Assembly: GCA_015486845.1 (NCBI GenBank)
Contig: WFQU01000160.1
Location: forward strand, 3,313 to 67,312
DNA: 64,000 nucleotides
DNA from: Anaerolineae bacterium
GTDB lineage: Bacteria > Chloroflexota > Anaerolineae > JAADDB01
Reading direction: 5' to 3'
Position numbers and translations under genes: made by a program. Each line of letters starts with the position of its first letter. Position 1 is the stretch's first letter. Of this stretch, positions 9,496-19,362 are shown in pieces. The notes under the pieces are model-generated. The model searched no databases, was not told the origin of the DNA, and saw only the letters and a list, made by a program, of their open reading frames with translations.

Positions 9496-11012
9496 TCTGT
9501 GATTTCCTCCTGATCAAGTTGTGATGGCAGGGATGATACCATAAAGGCGAGGATACCTAAAACAAGGCCCAGGAAAAGTTGCAAGCCGTGGACATACAGG
9601 TTGTCGAACAGGTTGTGAACGGACAGATGAACCAGGAAACCGAGTGCGCCTAAGGTGATTGCGCGATCGACGCCGTTCGTGCTGGCCAACAAACGCAGCG
9701 CGACAACTGTCGCCCAAACAAAGAGCAGCAGATACGCGCCAAAGCCGATGACGCCGCTCTCGGCCAAGAAATTCAGGTAGATATTGTGGGCATGGCCCAG
9801 CGCTTGTCGCCACAACGAAATCTGAAAAACGGGGTAGGCGACCGGGTAGTTACCGATGCCGACGCCGTGCCACGGGTGGGCCAGCCACATGTTCCAGGCT
9901 GAAAGCCAGTGCGCGGTGCGTTCCAGGATGGCGAAATTCGTGCCGCTGATGGGGGTTGCCCGGAATCGCACCGGATGCATAAAAAGTAACCAATCTTGAA
10001 ATGATCCTAAGCGAGCCAATAGCACAGCGGGGATCAAATGCAATTGCTCGATCCAGTTGAGCAGCAGAAGTAAGCTGCCACCGCCGAGGGCCAGCCAGAA
10101 CGTGGTCCGGCTGAAGAAGAGCAGCACGACCAGTGACGATGCCGCTGCGCCCATCCAGCCGCCTCGGGACCAGCTGGTTAACAGGCCGGCGGCAATGAGG
10201 GCCGTCAAGAGCCAAACGATCAGCCCCTGGCCCAGCGCGCTGAGCGGGCGCCGGGCATTCCTGTTGTGACGCCACGCCCGGCTAAAACGTACAGCCTCCC
10301 AAAGCGACAAGCTCACGCCGAACGGCAGCATCAACCCCAAATAGCCGCCGAAAGGGTTCGGTTGGGCAAAATCGCCGAAAGCGCGCTTGAAACGGCCGCC
10401 GAGAACTAAGAAAGCATCCGGGCCCAGGCGCAAGTAGAACTGCCGCAGGCCGACCAGCGCCTCTAAAGCGCCCGCCACGAGCATGGCTGCCACGAGCCAG
10501 GGCAGCCAACGCTCGGACAACAAATTCAGGGCGGCCAAGTAAATGGCTAACACTTCGCCCCATTTGAACCATTCCGGCAGCGCCTGGGCCGGGGAAAGCG
10601 CGTACCAGAACGAGACACCCACGGCCACAAACAGGAGCAGCAATGGCCAGAACAGGTCGCCCAGTCGCCAGGACAGCTTTCTCCTCCCCAAATCGCGCAG
10701 GAGCCAGAGAGCCAGCAGGAGCATGACCAGCAAGTCCGGCAAGTGGAACGGCAGCCCTCGCCAGGCCCAGAAGCCGAACGGGATGGCGAAAGGGAGCAAG
10801 AAAAGGCCGTAAACCGGGTTGACGAGCAGGAGGAAGAGAATTACTCCGCCGGCCAGCACAATAGCTGCCAGCGGCCAGGGCAAAAGAACGACAATGAGCC
10901 ATGCGAACAGCGTGAGCAACACAGGTGCGATGAGAGTGCTGCGCGGGGTGGGGGATGTCAGCCTGATTTGCAACATTTGCCTGAAATTTGCGCTCCGATT
11001 CGATTTAGCCAT
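9492..11012 (-). CDS. O-antigen ligase-like (Wzy_C) polytopic membrane protein
   Basis: HNIYLNFLAESGVIGFGAYLLLFV matches the Wzy_C motif. There are more than 10 transmembrane helices. The start was chosen at MAKSNRS (comp 11010..11012). The ORF track extends to 11129. Confidence 0.65.
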   Translation of the reverse strand: MAKSNRSANFRQMLQIRLTSPTPRSTLIAPVLLTLFAWLIVVLLPWPLAAIVLAGGVILFLLLVNPVYGLFLLPFAIPFGFWAWRGLPFHLPDLLVMLLLALWLLRDLGRRKLSWRLGDLFWPLLLLFVAVGVSFWYALSPAQALPEWFKWGEVLAIYLAALNLLSERWLPWLVAAMLVAGALEALVGLRQFYLRLGPDAFLVLGGRFKRAFGDFAQPNPFGGYLGLMLPFGVSLSLWEAVRFSRAWRHNRNARRPLSALGQGLIVWLLTALIAAGLLTSWSRGGWMGAAASSLVVLLFFSRTTFWLALGGGSLLLLLNWIEQLHLIPAVLLARLGSFQDWLLFMHPVRFRATPISGTNFAILERTAHWLSAWNMWLAHPWHGVGIGNYPVAYPVFQISLWRQALGHAHNIYLNFLAESGVIGFGAYLLLFVWATVVALRLLASTNGVDRAITLGALGFLVHLSVHNLFDNLYVHGLQLFLGLVLGILAFMVSSLPSQLDQEEITE

Positions 11013-11125
11013 GATGCATGCCTGTGTTGCATTGTACATGGCTGGCGTGCATTGTGCAAGAGGAATCTGGCAGCTCCGATCAATAGTACAACTCAATAGT
11101 ACAACTGCCGTGACAAATAGTATAC

Positions 11126-11446
11126 TCACCGTTGTCGATTAAAAATGCTCTGGCAGGAGAAACAACCACCCAACCAAACCCAACAACGAGCAATAATACT
11201 AAACCGGGAAACAAAAATCGGCGCATACTCTTTGAGTATGGCAAACGGGTAGGGACGTGTCAAGTTGAATGGTAACTCTACCCAGCTTTCTTTGGCCAAA
11301 GCGGGCACTTGCTCGGCCAATTTCGATCCCGGCGCAATGGTCAGCATCTCCCGTTTCAAGCCAACGATGCGGGGGATGCTGATCCCCACACTGGTTTCTT
11401 TGTTGTGATAAACAAACTCACCTTGAGGATTTTGTTGCACTTTCAC
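11126..11446 (-). CDS. hypothetical protein
   Basis: 106-aa ORF with a GTG start and an AGAGGTGA ribosome-binding site. No recognised domain. Confidence 0.35.
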   Translation of the reverse strand: MKVQQNPQGEFVYHNKETSVGISIPRIVGLKREMLTIAPGSKLAEQVPALAKESWVELPFNLTRPYPFAILKEYAPIFVSRFSIIARCWVWLGGCFSCQSIFNRQR

Positions 11447-11527
11447 CTCTGGCGTCGGTGTGGGTGGCAGCTGAGCAGCTGAATAGTATCATAGTTGTTT
11501 GGAATGCGTCAAGTGGTAGGGCGCGAG

Positions 11528-11558
11528 ACGTTCAACTTCTCTCAGAAGTTGAACGTCT
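11528..11558. repeat. family A hairpin-only copy (A5): gacgttcaacttct-ctcag-agaagttgaacgtc
   Basis: A 13-bp perfect inverted repeat related to the AGAAGTTCAACTTCT hairpin of family A. Confidence 0.6.
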
Positions 11559-12065
11559 TCAGCTGTGCGGGCTCAACCGCAATTGTGGCCGGCGGTAAGA
11601 TATTGGCTCGGGGCGACTGAAGTCACGCCGGGGGGGGCAGTTCGCTGCGCTCACCGCCGGGCGACCACCTGTCAGGGACGATTTTTGCCCTCGTTTATTA
11701 CTTTACACTAGGGTAGTTATGTAAAGTAACGGAAGAAAAGCAAGGAGTCTGTCCGGCTCCAATGGTTGGCAGCGCATATAAAGGCGATTCTGCCCTCTTT
11801 ATGCCTCGGTTCGCTGCAATGCTGTTTCATGATCAGGTGTGTGCTGTTCCACCACACGCAATCGATGATCTATTGTGGCGCAGACCGATCACGATCCGCC
11901 GCGATGGGTTATGCCGGGCAACATGGGCGTTGTCACCTGGCCTTCCCTCGTTTCGCGCTTAACGTGCGGACTAAGGCGGTAAATTGTCATACTTTTCTTC
12001 CCGGTTGTTTCTTTCCCAAATCCCCCCACCCTGCTAAAATAAGGGAAGGGTCGGTGTTTTATGCC

Positions 12066-12178
12066 TGGCGACTGGAAGTCGCGGGCTACATTTGCGAAAT
12101 CGCCCTACGGCGATTAAATAGATAACCTGCGCAGGCGGGTTTCGCAATCGTAGGTGCGGTTTTAATAGCCGGTCAAAC
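12066..12178 (+). repeat. intergenic repeat, family B copy B1 (core palindrome AACCTGC-GCAG-GCGGGTT)
   Basis: The motif ttgcgaaatcgccctacggcgatta ... aacctgcgcaggcgggtt ... gcggttttaatagccggtcaaa is shared with copies at 12281, 14098(rc), 17764(rc), 20581(rc), 34345(rc) and 54695. Confidence 0.8.
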
Positions 12179-12180
12179 TA

Positions 12181-12276
12181 AGCGGACGTGGATGACGCAG
12201 GTTTCACACTGATGCACGTAGATAAAACAGAAAAAGATCAGCGTAAATCAGCGTGCATCAGCAATATCAGCGTTCA
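12181..12276 (+). repeat. module C copy C2 (GGACGTGGATGACGCAGGTTTCA followed by tandem ATCAGCGT-like octamers)
   Basis: Similar to 3505-3582 and partly to 52540-52600. Confidence 0.55.
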
Positions 12277-12280
12277 ATTG

Positions 12281-12384
12281 AAGGTCACGGGCAACATCTG
12301 CGAAATCGTCCTGCGGCGATTAGCATGCAACCTGCACAGGCAGGTTTCACAATCATAGCAGCGATTTTAATCGCCGGTCAAAAC
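12281..12384 (+). repeat. family B copy B2 (core aacctgcacaggcaggtt at 12329-12346)
   Basis: A tandem second copy 100 bp after B1. It ends 10 nt before the smpB ATG. Confidence 0.8.
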
Positions 12385-12394
12385 AGGCAGGTTA

Positions 12395-12871
12395 ATGGGA
12401 AAATTAGATCAGGAAGAGAGCTTCCGGGTGGTGGCCAGAAACCGGAAAGCTTATCACGATTATCATATCGAGGAAACGGTCGAGGCAGGCATTGCGCTCA
12501 CTGGCACGGAGATCAAGTCGGTGCGCGCCGGCCAGGTCAATCTGCGCGATAGTTACGCTGAGATTCGCAATGGCGAGATCTGGCTGGTGGACGCTCACAT
12601 CTCGCCGTATCGCCACGGCAACCGGCAAAACCACGAGCCCCGCCGCCCGCGCAAACTGCTTCTACATCGGCGAGAGATCAACCGGCTGATGGGCAAAGTG
12701 CAGGAAAAAGGGTGGACGCTTGTCCCGCTGCGGATGTATTTGGCGCACAACAAAGCCAAAGTGGAACTGGCACTGGCCCACGGCAAGCGGCTTTACGACA
12801 AGCGCGCGGCCATCGCCAAGCGAGAATCGAACCGAGAGATGCGCCGGGCGCTGAAGAATAGCCGCTATTGA
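12395..12871 (+). CDS. smpB: SsrA-binding protein SmpB
   Basis: VVARNRKAYHDYHIEETVEAGIALTGTEIKSVR...LLLHRREINRL. Confidence 0.85.
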   Translation: MGKLDQEESFRVVARNRKAYHDYHIEETVEAGIALTGTEIKSVRAGQVNLRDSYAEIRNGEIWLVDAHISPYRHGNRQNHEPRRPRKLLLHRREINRLMGKVQEKGWTLVPLRMYLAHNKAKVELALAHGKRLYDKRAAIAKRESNREMRRALKNSRY

Positions 12872-14073
12872 GGCGCGATGAACCACGCGTCGACAATGCT
12901 GCCGGCGGGTAATGGCTGCTCTGCATCGGGCGGCACCCGCAGCACGGCGTTGGCGCCTACTAAGGAAAGGAGCCGGGCCGAGCCTTGGTAGCCAGTCGTA
13001 TTGGCGATGTATCCCCCACCCTGCCAGCGTAGCTTCGCTCGCACGAATTCGATACGGTCCGGTGCGTGTTTCAACGGCGCTGCAATTGTCGCCTGGACGA
13101 CTTGACGCTGGAACGTGTAGCCTTGCAATTTGAGCAGGAACGGCCGCACGTAGAGCTCGAAAGAGACCAGCGCCGAGACCGGGTTGCCCGGCAGGGTGAA
13201 AATCGCTGTGTCTTCGACTGTGGAAAATGTCATCGGCTTGCCCGGCTTCTGGAAGACACGACCAAAGTGTATCGTGCCATGTGCCGCCAACCAGTCTTTC
13301 AACAAATCACGTTTGCCTAAAGAAGCGCCACCGCTGGTAATCACCACGTTAGCCTGTTTGACAGCCTGTGTTAGACGGGCATCCAATACCTTTTCGCGAT
13401 CAGGGACAATGCCTATATCTACGACAGTCGCGCCGGCCTGGACTGTCGCAGTCTGCAACGCGTACCGATTGGCATCCCAGAGCTGTCCCGGCGCCAATGG
13501 CTCACCGAGCTCCCGCACTTCATCCCCGGTAGAAAGGAGCGCCACCCGGGGGGCGCCGTACACCGTCACTTGCTGCTGGTCCAGCATGGCCAGCAAGCCG
13601 ATCTCCGCCGGGCCTAAACGGCTCCCAGCGGGCAGAACCAACGACCCGGCGGCGATGTCCACACCCGAGGGACGCACGTTTTCCCCCACCGCGACCGCTT
13701 TCTGCAGGGTGATGGAATCCTCTTTCTCGACCACATCTTCCCACATGACCACGGCATCGGCACCGGCCGGCAGATGGGCGCCGGTAGTGATGCGTGCCGC
13801 TTCGCCGGGGTGCACCTGCAGCTTGGCATCGTAATGGCCGGCCAACTGTTCACCGACCAGTTGACGCCGGGGCGAATCATCAGCGGCAATCACGGCAAAC
13901 CCGTCCACCGTGGTGGTAGGCAGTGCCGGGTAATCGAACGGCGCGTAGAGATCCGCGGCCAACACTTTGCCGGTCACGGCAGTCAATGGCAAAGTCAAAG
14001 ATCGTAGAGGTTGTGCCTGATCAAGGACAATCTCTAAAGCTTCTTCTGGCATAATGGTTGGATATACTTTCAT
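12865..14073 (-). CDS. moeA: molybdopterin molybdenumtransferase MoeA
   Basis: MoeA N-terminal, MoCF-binding and C-terminal domains (GDEV...GGVSVG-like ITSGGASLGKRD). The true start is MKVYPTIMPEE at comp(14071..14073). The ORF track over-extends through a repeat to 14271. Confidence 0.8.
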   Translation of the reverse strand: MKVYPTIMPEEALEIVLDQAQPLRSLTLPLTAVTGKVLAADLYAPFDYPALPTTTVDGFAVIAADDSPRRQLVGEQLAGHYDAKLQVHPGEAARITTGAHLPAGADAVVMWEDVVEKEDSITLQKAVAVGENVRPSGVDIAAGSLVLPAGSRLGPAEIGLLAMLDQQQVTVYGAPRVALLSTGDEVRELGEPLAPGQLWDANRYALQTATVQAGATVVDIGIVPDREKVLDARLTQAVKQANVVITSGGASLGKRDLLKDWLAAHGTIHFGRVFQKPGKPMTFSTVEDTAIFTLPGNPVSALVSFELYVRPFLLKLQGYTFQRQVVQATIAAPLKHAPDRIEFVRAKLRWQGGGYIANTTGYQGSARLLSLVGANAVLRVPPDAEQPLPAGSIVDAWFIAPQ

Positions 14074-14097
14074 TTTTGTCCCTCGTTTATGAATTAT

Positions 14098-14211
14098 TTG
14101 ACCGGCGATTAAAATCGCTGCTACGATTGCAAAACCTGCCTGCGCAGGTTGCATGCTAATCGCCGCAGGACGATTTCGCAAATGTTGCCCGCGACTTCTA
14201 GTCGCCGGGCC
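14098..14211 (-). repeat. family B copy B3 (reverse orientation; core aacctgcctgcgcaggtt at 14133-14150)
   Basis: The reverse complement of B1/B2. It lies about 25 bp upstream of the moeA start. Confidence 0.8.
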
Positions 14212-14308
14212 TAAAAAAGCGGGCGGATCATAATCCATCCCTATGCACCAACAACCATCCATGCGGCACAACGCTTGAGCCCCCTTTTAGGGGGCTTCCC
14301 AAATTGTA

Positions 14309-14331
14309 GCTCGAGGCTTTGAGCCTCGAGC
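14309..14331 (-). terminator. GC-rich hairpin(s) immediately after the lepB stop (candidate terminator)
   Basis: gctcgaggc-ttt-gagcctcgagc abuts the stop codon, with a second hairpin gcccccttttagggggc at 14279-14295. The U-tract is weak. Confidence 0.35.
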
Positions 14332-14332
14332 C

Positions 14333-14962
14333 CTATTTTTGCGTGTATTTCCAGTGGTGGATGATGCCCATGCGGGACGGCGGCCAATAGGTCAGGAAAG
14401 CCCTCCCGATAATGTATTTCTCGTCCAGTGGCCCCCAGCTGCGCGAGTCGTTGGAGTGATTGCGGTTGTCACCCATGACGAAAAGCTGCCCGGCGCGCAC
14501 TTTGACCGGCCCCATATCGCGGTTCATGGGGCCGTTGATGTACGGCTCGACCAGCGGTTTGCCGTTGATGAGCACATGGCCGTCGCGCACGCTGATGGTA
14601 TCGCCGGGCAGCCCGATGACCCGCTTGACGAAACGCACTTTCGGGTCCAGCGGGTAATCGAAAATAATGATATCGCCCCGCTGCGGAGGATGAAGTCGAT
14701 AGGAAACCCGATCTACGAACACAAGCTGCCCGTTGTGCAACGTCGGGTACATACTGCTGCCTTCGATGCGATAGTTAACGGCGACTTGACGAATAGCCAC
14801 GAAGATAATAAGCGTGATGATAACAGTTTGCAGAAATTCCCAGAAGATGGAGGCCAATGTGCTCTGCTGGCGTGGTGGTTGCTCTGCCATGGTCGTATCG
14901 TTTGTTTCATTCTCGTCATCTGTGAATGGGGAGGATTGTTCCTGTTCTATGAAATCATTCAT
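14333..14962 (-). CDS. lepB: signal peptidase I
   Basis: GSSMYPTL (Ser box) ... KRVIGLPGD (Lys box) ... GDNRNHSNDSR. Confidence 0.85.
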   Translation of the reverse strand: MNDFIEQEQSSPFTDDENETNDTTMAEQPPRQQSTLASIFWEFLQTVIITLIIFVAIRQVAVNYRIEGSSMYPTLHNGQLVFVDRVSYRLHPPQRGDIIIFDYPLDPKVRFVKRVIGLPGDTISVRDGHVLINGKPLVEPYINGPMNRDMGPVKVRAGQLFVMGDNRNHSNDSRSWGPLDEKYIIGRAFLTYWPPSRMGIIHHWKYTQK

Positions 14963-15201
14963 GCTGAAAACACGCTCCGGGTGTTGAATTGTCCGTCGCC
15001 ACGGCCGGTTGCTGCACCGCGTGACGGTCTGTCAAGATGGCGTTATCATAGCACTGAGCCGGGAATGTGGCAAAAAGATTACGCTGTGGGTTGTTTGTGG
15101 CGGAAAACATAAAGGAAAAGCCGATGCCCACAACGAAAAGTCCTCAGGTCGCCGGCCAGGTTGTCGGCAGCGTTCTCGATGTTCTTTCCCGTCTGTAAGG
15201 C

Positions 15202-15744
15202 GTGAAAAACGCTGCGGAGTTGGTCAAATATTTCAAAGAGCATCAAGAGGCCCGCGCAGCGCTGGCGCACGCGGTAGCCGAGGCCGAAAACGCGTTCATC
15301 GCCGCGGCCGCCCGGCAAGGGTTACACGATGTTGCCGACGCGGTGCAGCAGTTGCCGCTGGCCGACACGAAAACTTTCCGACAGGCGCTGGCGCTGATGC
15401 TGGTTACTAGGGATAACGAAGCGATGCAACAAGCGCTCGCGAAGCTGCTGGGCGACGTCAAAAGCCTGCCGGAGCGGGAACGGGCGCGAGGGGCGGCGCT
15501 TTATTTGGCAGAGCTGCGCGCTGCGCTTTGGGCGGAACCCCACTTCCACGACGTGGCGGACGCGCTGTTGCAACTGGATCAGTCCCGACGGTTGCAGCAA
15601 GTCCAAGACGCGATTGCCGCCATTGGATGGCGATTGCCGCACATACACGAACGTTGTAATCGCTGTCGGCCAATGGTTACCGGCTACCGGCTATCTCAGC
15701 GTATACCCGGCTGGACAACGCCTGGAAGGTCCGGCCCACGGTGA
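15202..15744 (+). CDS. hypothetical Ala/Leu-rich protein
   Basis: 180-aa ORF with high GC3 bias. It has a convergent 68-bp overlap with the GT4 gene. No recognised domain. Confidence 0.35.
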   Translation: MKNAAELVKYFKEHQEARAALAHAVAEAENAFIAAAARQGLHDVADAVQQLPLADTKTFRQALALMLVTRDNEAMQQALAKLLGDVKSLPERERARGAALYLAELRAALWAEPHFHDVADALLQLDQSRRLQQVQDAIAAIGWRLPHIHERCNRCRPMVTGYRLSQRIPGWTTPGRSGPR

Positions 15745-16858
15745 AATGGCGGGCAACCCGCTGCTGCCCGGCCAGCCCCATGGTTCGCCGCCGTGCCGGG
15801 TCGTTCCAAAGGGCAACCAGCGCTGCCGCCACGCCGTCCAGGTCGCCCGGCGGCAGCAAAAGCCCGGTTTCCCCGTCCATCACAATCTCCGGCAGCGCGC
15901 CGTGGGCGAAAGCCATCAACGGCAGGCCGGCGGCCATCGCTTCGATATTGACCAGCCCGAACGGCTCCGGATCGCCCACATGGACGAAAAGATCCATGGC
16001 AGCCAACGCTGGCCGCACGTCCTCCAACTGGCCGGTGAAAATGACTTTGTCGATCAGCGACGGCTCTTCCGCCAGCGCGTGCAGCGCTGCCACATAATCG
16101 TCGTCCGCTTGCAGCGGGGCGCCGCCCACAATTAAAAACCGCGCCGTCGGGAGGCTGGCGGCAACGCGGGCCGCCGCTTGCAGGAAACGTTTTTGTCCTT
16201 TCCACGGCCGCAGCCGGCCCACAGTGCCGATGACCGGCACGCCGGCGGGGATAGCATGCGCCCGGCGGAACTTCTCTCCGTCCGGCAGCGTGGCCAGCCA
16301 GTTTTCCGGCAGGCCGTTGTAAACCACCGCGGTTTTCGCACCGCAGGGCAGATGAGCCGCCACGGCGCGGGAATTGGCTACCACAGCCGCGGCGCGACGG
16401 CAAAGCCACCGTTTCAGCATGGCATCCATCCAGGGCCAGCGCGGCTTGCTTTCGCTCAGCCAGAAATCGCGCATGTGCCAGATCCAGCGCATCGCGCCGC
16501 TGCTCGCCACCGCGCCGTAAAACGCGGTGCGGACCGTGTTGCTGTGCAGGAAGTCGGCGTGGATAGACCGCGCCAACACGTCGAGGGCGTTCCCTTGTCG
16601 GCGCAGGGTAAGCCAGAAGTCGGCCGAGCGGCGCAACGGCGGAAAGGCAAACCGGTGCCAGGTCACGCCGATTTGCGTTGCTCGGTCCGCCAGCGGCCCG
16701 GCCGGCGTGGCCAAATGGATGTCATGGCCCGCCGCAACCAGCGCCTCCATCAGCCAAAGCAAGCTGTACTCGGCGCCGCCCATGCCCGGGGCGTGGTCGG
16801 CGAATAGGATCGTCCAGCGTCGTTCCGGCGGCACGGCACGGCTCTCCGCCGTGGTCAT
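15677..16858 (-). CDS. family 4 glycosyltransferase (GT4)
   Basis: [20 protein letters not shown]...GETGLL motif. Confidence 0.85.
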   Translation of the reverse strand: MTTAESRAVPPERRWTILFADHAPGMGGAEYSLLWLMEALVAAGHDIHLATPAGPLADRATQIGVTWHRFAFPPLRRSADFWLTLRRQGNALDVLARSIHADFLHSNTVRTAFYGAVASSGAMRWIWHMRDFWLSESKPRWPWMDAMLKRWLCRRAAAVVANSRAVAAHLPCGAKTAVVYNGLPENWLATLPDGEKFRRAHAIPAGVPVIGTVGRLRPWKGQKRFLQAAARVAASLPTARFLIVGGAPLQADDDYVAALHALAEEPSLIDKVIFTGQLEDVRPALAAMDLFVHVGDPEPFGLVNIEAMAAGLPLMAFAHGALPEIVMDGETGLLLPPGDLDGVAAALVALWNDPARRRTMGLAGQQRVARHFTVGRTFQALSSRVYAEIAGSR

Positions 16859-17667
16859 TGGCCGCTGTCGGCGCCGATGATCTTCAGCCCGGCGCTGGCA
16901 CCTAAGCGGGACGCGCCGGCTTGCACCATCGCCTTTGCTTTGGCGAAATCACGGATGCCACCGGCCGCTTTGACGCCCATATCGTAGCCGACCACAGCGC
17001 GCATCAGCGCGACATCTTCCACCGTGGCGCCGCCGGGGCCGAAACCGGTGGAGGTCTTGACGAACTCGGCGCACGCCGCGTCGGCCAAAACGCACGCCGC
17101 GATCTTCTCTTCGTCGGTCAGCAGCGCCGCTTCGATGATCACTTTGACGTGCGCCCCTTTTTCGTGTGCCGCGACGACCACTGCCCGGATGTCCTCGAAC
17201 ACGGCAGCGTACTGGGCTGCTTTGAGCCGGCCGACGTTGATCACCATGTCCACTTCATCAGCACCGGCGGCCACGGCCGCCTCGGTTTCCACTGCTTTGA
17301 CGCCGGTGAGGGTGGCGCCCAACGGGAAACCGACTACCGCGGCGATGGAGACATCGGTCCCTTGCAATAATTCGGTTGCATAAGGCACCCAGTACGGGTT
17401 GACGCAGACCGCCGCGAAATGGTGGTCCGCGGCTTCCCGGCAAAGGGCCGCGATGCTGCTTTCCGTGGCGTCCGGTTTCAGCAGCGTGTGGTCGATCAAT
17501 GGGGCCAAATCAGCCGGGGACGTGATGCTTAGTCCCCTATCTTGCAACTGCCGGCTGGTCGGGTCTTCTGCCCGTTGGCATTCCTCCGGGACGGTATGTT
17601 GGATTGTGGCGAGAACTTTTTGCCGCATTGCTTTGATTTGGGCGAGGCTGGTTTTTGTTTTTAGCAT
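16855..17667 (-). CDS. deoC: deoxyribose-phosphate aldolase
   Basis: [10 protein letters not shown]...VCVNP...KVIIEAALL...VKTSTGF...GVKAAGGIR. The start is taken at MLKTKT, which has an AAAGGAAAA ribosome-binding site. 4-bp overlap with the GT4 gene. Confidence 0.8.
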   Translation of the reverse strand: MLKTKTSLAQIKAMRQKVLATIQHTVPEECQRAEDPTSRQLQDRGLSITSPADLAPLIDHTLLKPDATESSIAALCREAADHHFAAVCVNPYWVPYATELLQGTDVSIAAVVGFPLGATLTGVKAVETEAAVAAGADEVDMVINVGRLKAAQYAAVFEDIRAVVVAAHEKGAHVKVIIEAALLTDEEKIAACVLADAACAEFVKTSTGFGPGGATVEDVALMRAVVGYDMGVKAAGGIRDFAKAKAMVQAGASRLGASAGLKIIGADSGQ

Positions 17668-17763
17668 GGTTTTTCCTTTTTGAGTGGATAGCCTTATGAC
17701 TACACGAAATATAAAATTAAACATTGATAATGATAATGCTAATTTGCACCGATTTTTTCCTGT

Positions 17764-17818
17764 TTGACCGGCGATTAAAATCGCTGCTACGATTGCGAAA
17801 CTTGCCTGCGCAGGTTAT
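17764..17818 (-). repeat. family B partial copy B4
   Basis: tgaccggcgattaaaatcgctgctacgattgcgaaacttgcctgcgcaggtt. About 95 bp upstream of the deoC start. Confidence 0.7.
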
Positions 17819-19362
17819 CTTTCAAGCATCACGCCCAAACGCCCAATTAGCTCGTCGGCCGGCACATCAAAACGCTCGCCGCCCCGGCTATGCACCTCCA
17901 CCAAATCGGTTTCCCCCCATTTTCGGCCGGCCACAACCTGCCACGGCACGCCCAGCAAGTCAGCATCGTTGAATTTGACGCCGGCCCGTGCCGGTCGATC
18001 ATCGTAAAGGACAGCCAGCCCGGCATTGGAGAGCACTTCCGCCAAGTTGTCCGTCCGACGGGTCAAATCGGCGTCTTTGCCGGCCAGTGCCAGCAAATAC
18101 ACGTCGTACGGTGCCACCGCCGGCGGCCAGCGCAACCCGTCCTCGCCATGATGGCAGGCCACCACGGCCGTTGCCAGCGCGGCCAACGAAAGCAATCCGG
18201 TCCGCTGCACTGCCGCTTCCGGCCGGCCGGCCCGGTTCAGATACGAAGGCCCGGCAAACCGCGCCCATGCCCCCACCCGGTAGCCGCGAACGATTACGAG
18301 GCGACCTTCCTCGCAGGCTGGGCAGCGATCTCCCGGCCCAGCCTGTCTCAAATTGGCTACCAGATCGGCGCTGTAGTCGCGGTCGAAATTGCTGTTCAGG
18401 ATGTGATACCCTTCTTTATTGGCTCCGGCGACGAGGTTGGGTGATTTTGCCACGAGATAGTCAATGACTACACGAAAGGCGCCGGGCTCCAGGCCGAGGG
18501 GCGACGCATAGCCGGGGACGGTGCCACCGGCGCGGATTTCTTCCTCTGTGGCCTGCCGGAACGAATCCGCGCCGGTGGCACGCTTCAGCTTGACCTCGTT
18601 CAACTTCGTATCGCCCCGCACAACAACCAAATAGCGTTGGCCGTCACCCACCAGGAAGAGCGCTTTGGCGGTACGGCTGGCCGGAATACCCAAGAAATCC
18701 GCCAGCTCGACGATGGTGCCGCAGTGCGGCGTCTCGATCTCCTCGGCCGGCAACATCGTTTCCTCGGACAACGGCGGATTGCCGCTCAGCGCGGCCGCTT
18801 CGCTGGCCGCGTAATCGCACCGGTCGCAAGCCAGCCACCGCGCCGGCCCATTCTCGGCGGGAACGACCAGCGCGACGGCGTCATCCCCTGCCGGCTGCAG
18901 ATCCGGCAGCAAAAGAAGCGGTACATCCAACGCAGCGGCGATCTCCTCCACCGCTTTCGCCCGTCTGCCCACAACATCCTCTCCGGCATTGCCATCGCGC
19001 CAGGAGGAAAATTGCCGCCACGATTGCGCTCCCCGGCCCCACCGCTGCGTGATAGCCAGCGGCAACTGCTTATACGAAAGGAGAAGCGGCTCGGCTAACG
19101 TCCCCGTCTGCGCCGCCAAAGCGGCCAACGAAACGTCCTCTACGGGCCAGGCAACCTCATCAGCGCCTGGCGACAGCGCCGAGCGCACGATTTCGTCAAT
19201 CCGGTCATACAAGCGGACGCCCAAAGGGGAAAGTGCAGCCGAGGATTCAGCGCCGGCCCAGTAGCCGGCCCGCCAGAGCCATTTCTCGGCCACGGTTGCC
19301 CCCGCCGCCGGCATTTCCCTCCAGGTACGATGGAAAAGGCCTTGCATCCGTGTGATCATCAC
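17815..19362 (-). CDS. prolyl-tRNA synthetase paralogue: INS (editing-like) and anticodon-binding domains are conserved, class II catalytic motifs are degenerate
   Basis: The N-terminus ([19 protein letters not shown]), SYKQLP, the INS segment ([17 protein letters not shown]) and the C-terminal anticodon-binding domain ([28 protein letters not shown]) match bacterial ProRS. The motif-2 FRDE..RxREF and motif-3 GxGxGxxR positions are replaced ([13 protein letters not shown]; [12 protein letters not shown]). The segment containing GPTHEE is deleted. Confidence 0.7.
   Translation of the reverse strand: MMITRMQGLFHRTWREMPAAGATVAEKWLWRAGYWAGAESSAALSPLGVRLYDRIDEIVRSALSPGADEVAWPVEDVSLAALAAQTGTLAEPLLLSYKQLPLAITQRWGRGAQSWRQFSSWRDGNAGEDVVGRRAKAVEEIAAALDVPLLLLPDLQPAGDDAVALVVPAENGPARWLACDRCDYAASEAAALSGNPPLSEETMLPAEEIETPHCGTIVELADFLGIPASRTAKALFLVGDGQRYLVVVRGDTKLNEVKLKRATGADSFRQATEEEIRAGGTVPGYASPLGLEPGAFRVVIDYLVAKSPNLVAGANKEGYHILNSNFDRDYSADLVANLRQAGPGDRCPACEEGRLVIVRGYRVGAWARFAGPSYLNRAGRPEAAVQRTGLLSLAALATAVVACHHGEDGLRWPPAVAPYDVYLLALAGKDADLTRRTDNLAEVLSNAGLAVLYDDRPARAGVKFNDADLLGVPWQVVAGRKWGETDLVEVHSRGGERFDVPADELIGRLGVMLER

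Noticed and set aside
12066-12384. Repeated approximately 100-bp units with palindromic cores; considered a CRISPR array
   Set aside because: The copies are not regularly spaced, have no unique spacers of uniform length, occur in both orientations and are scattered over 50 kb. They are MITE or REP-like mosaic repeats.
11447-12394. tmRNA (ssrA) expected next to smpB
   Set aside because: No tRNA-like 3' end (GGTTCGAATCC...CCA) and no resume-codon tag ORF were found. The region consists of family A, B and C repeat modules.
15009-15410. 133-aa Arg-rich ORF
   Set aside because: Low complexity. It overlaps the better-supported 15202-15744 ORF in another frame.
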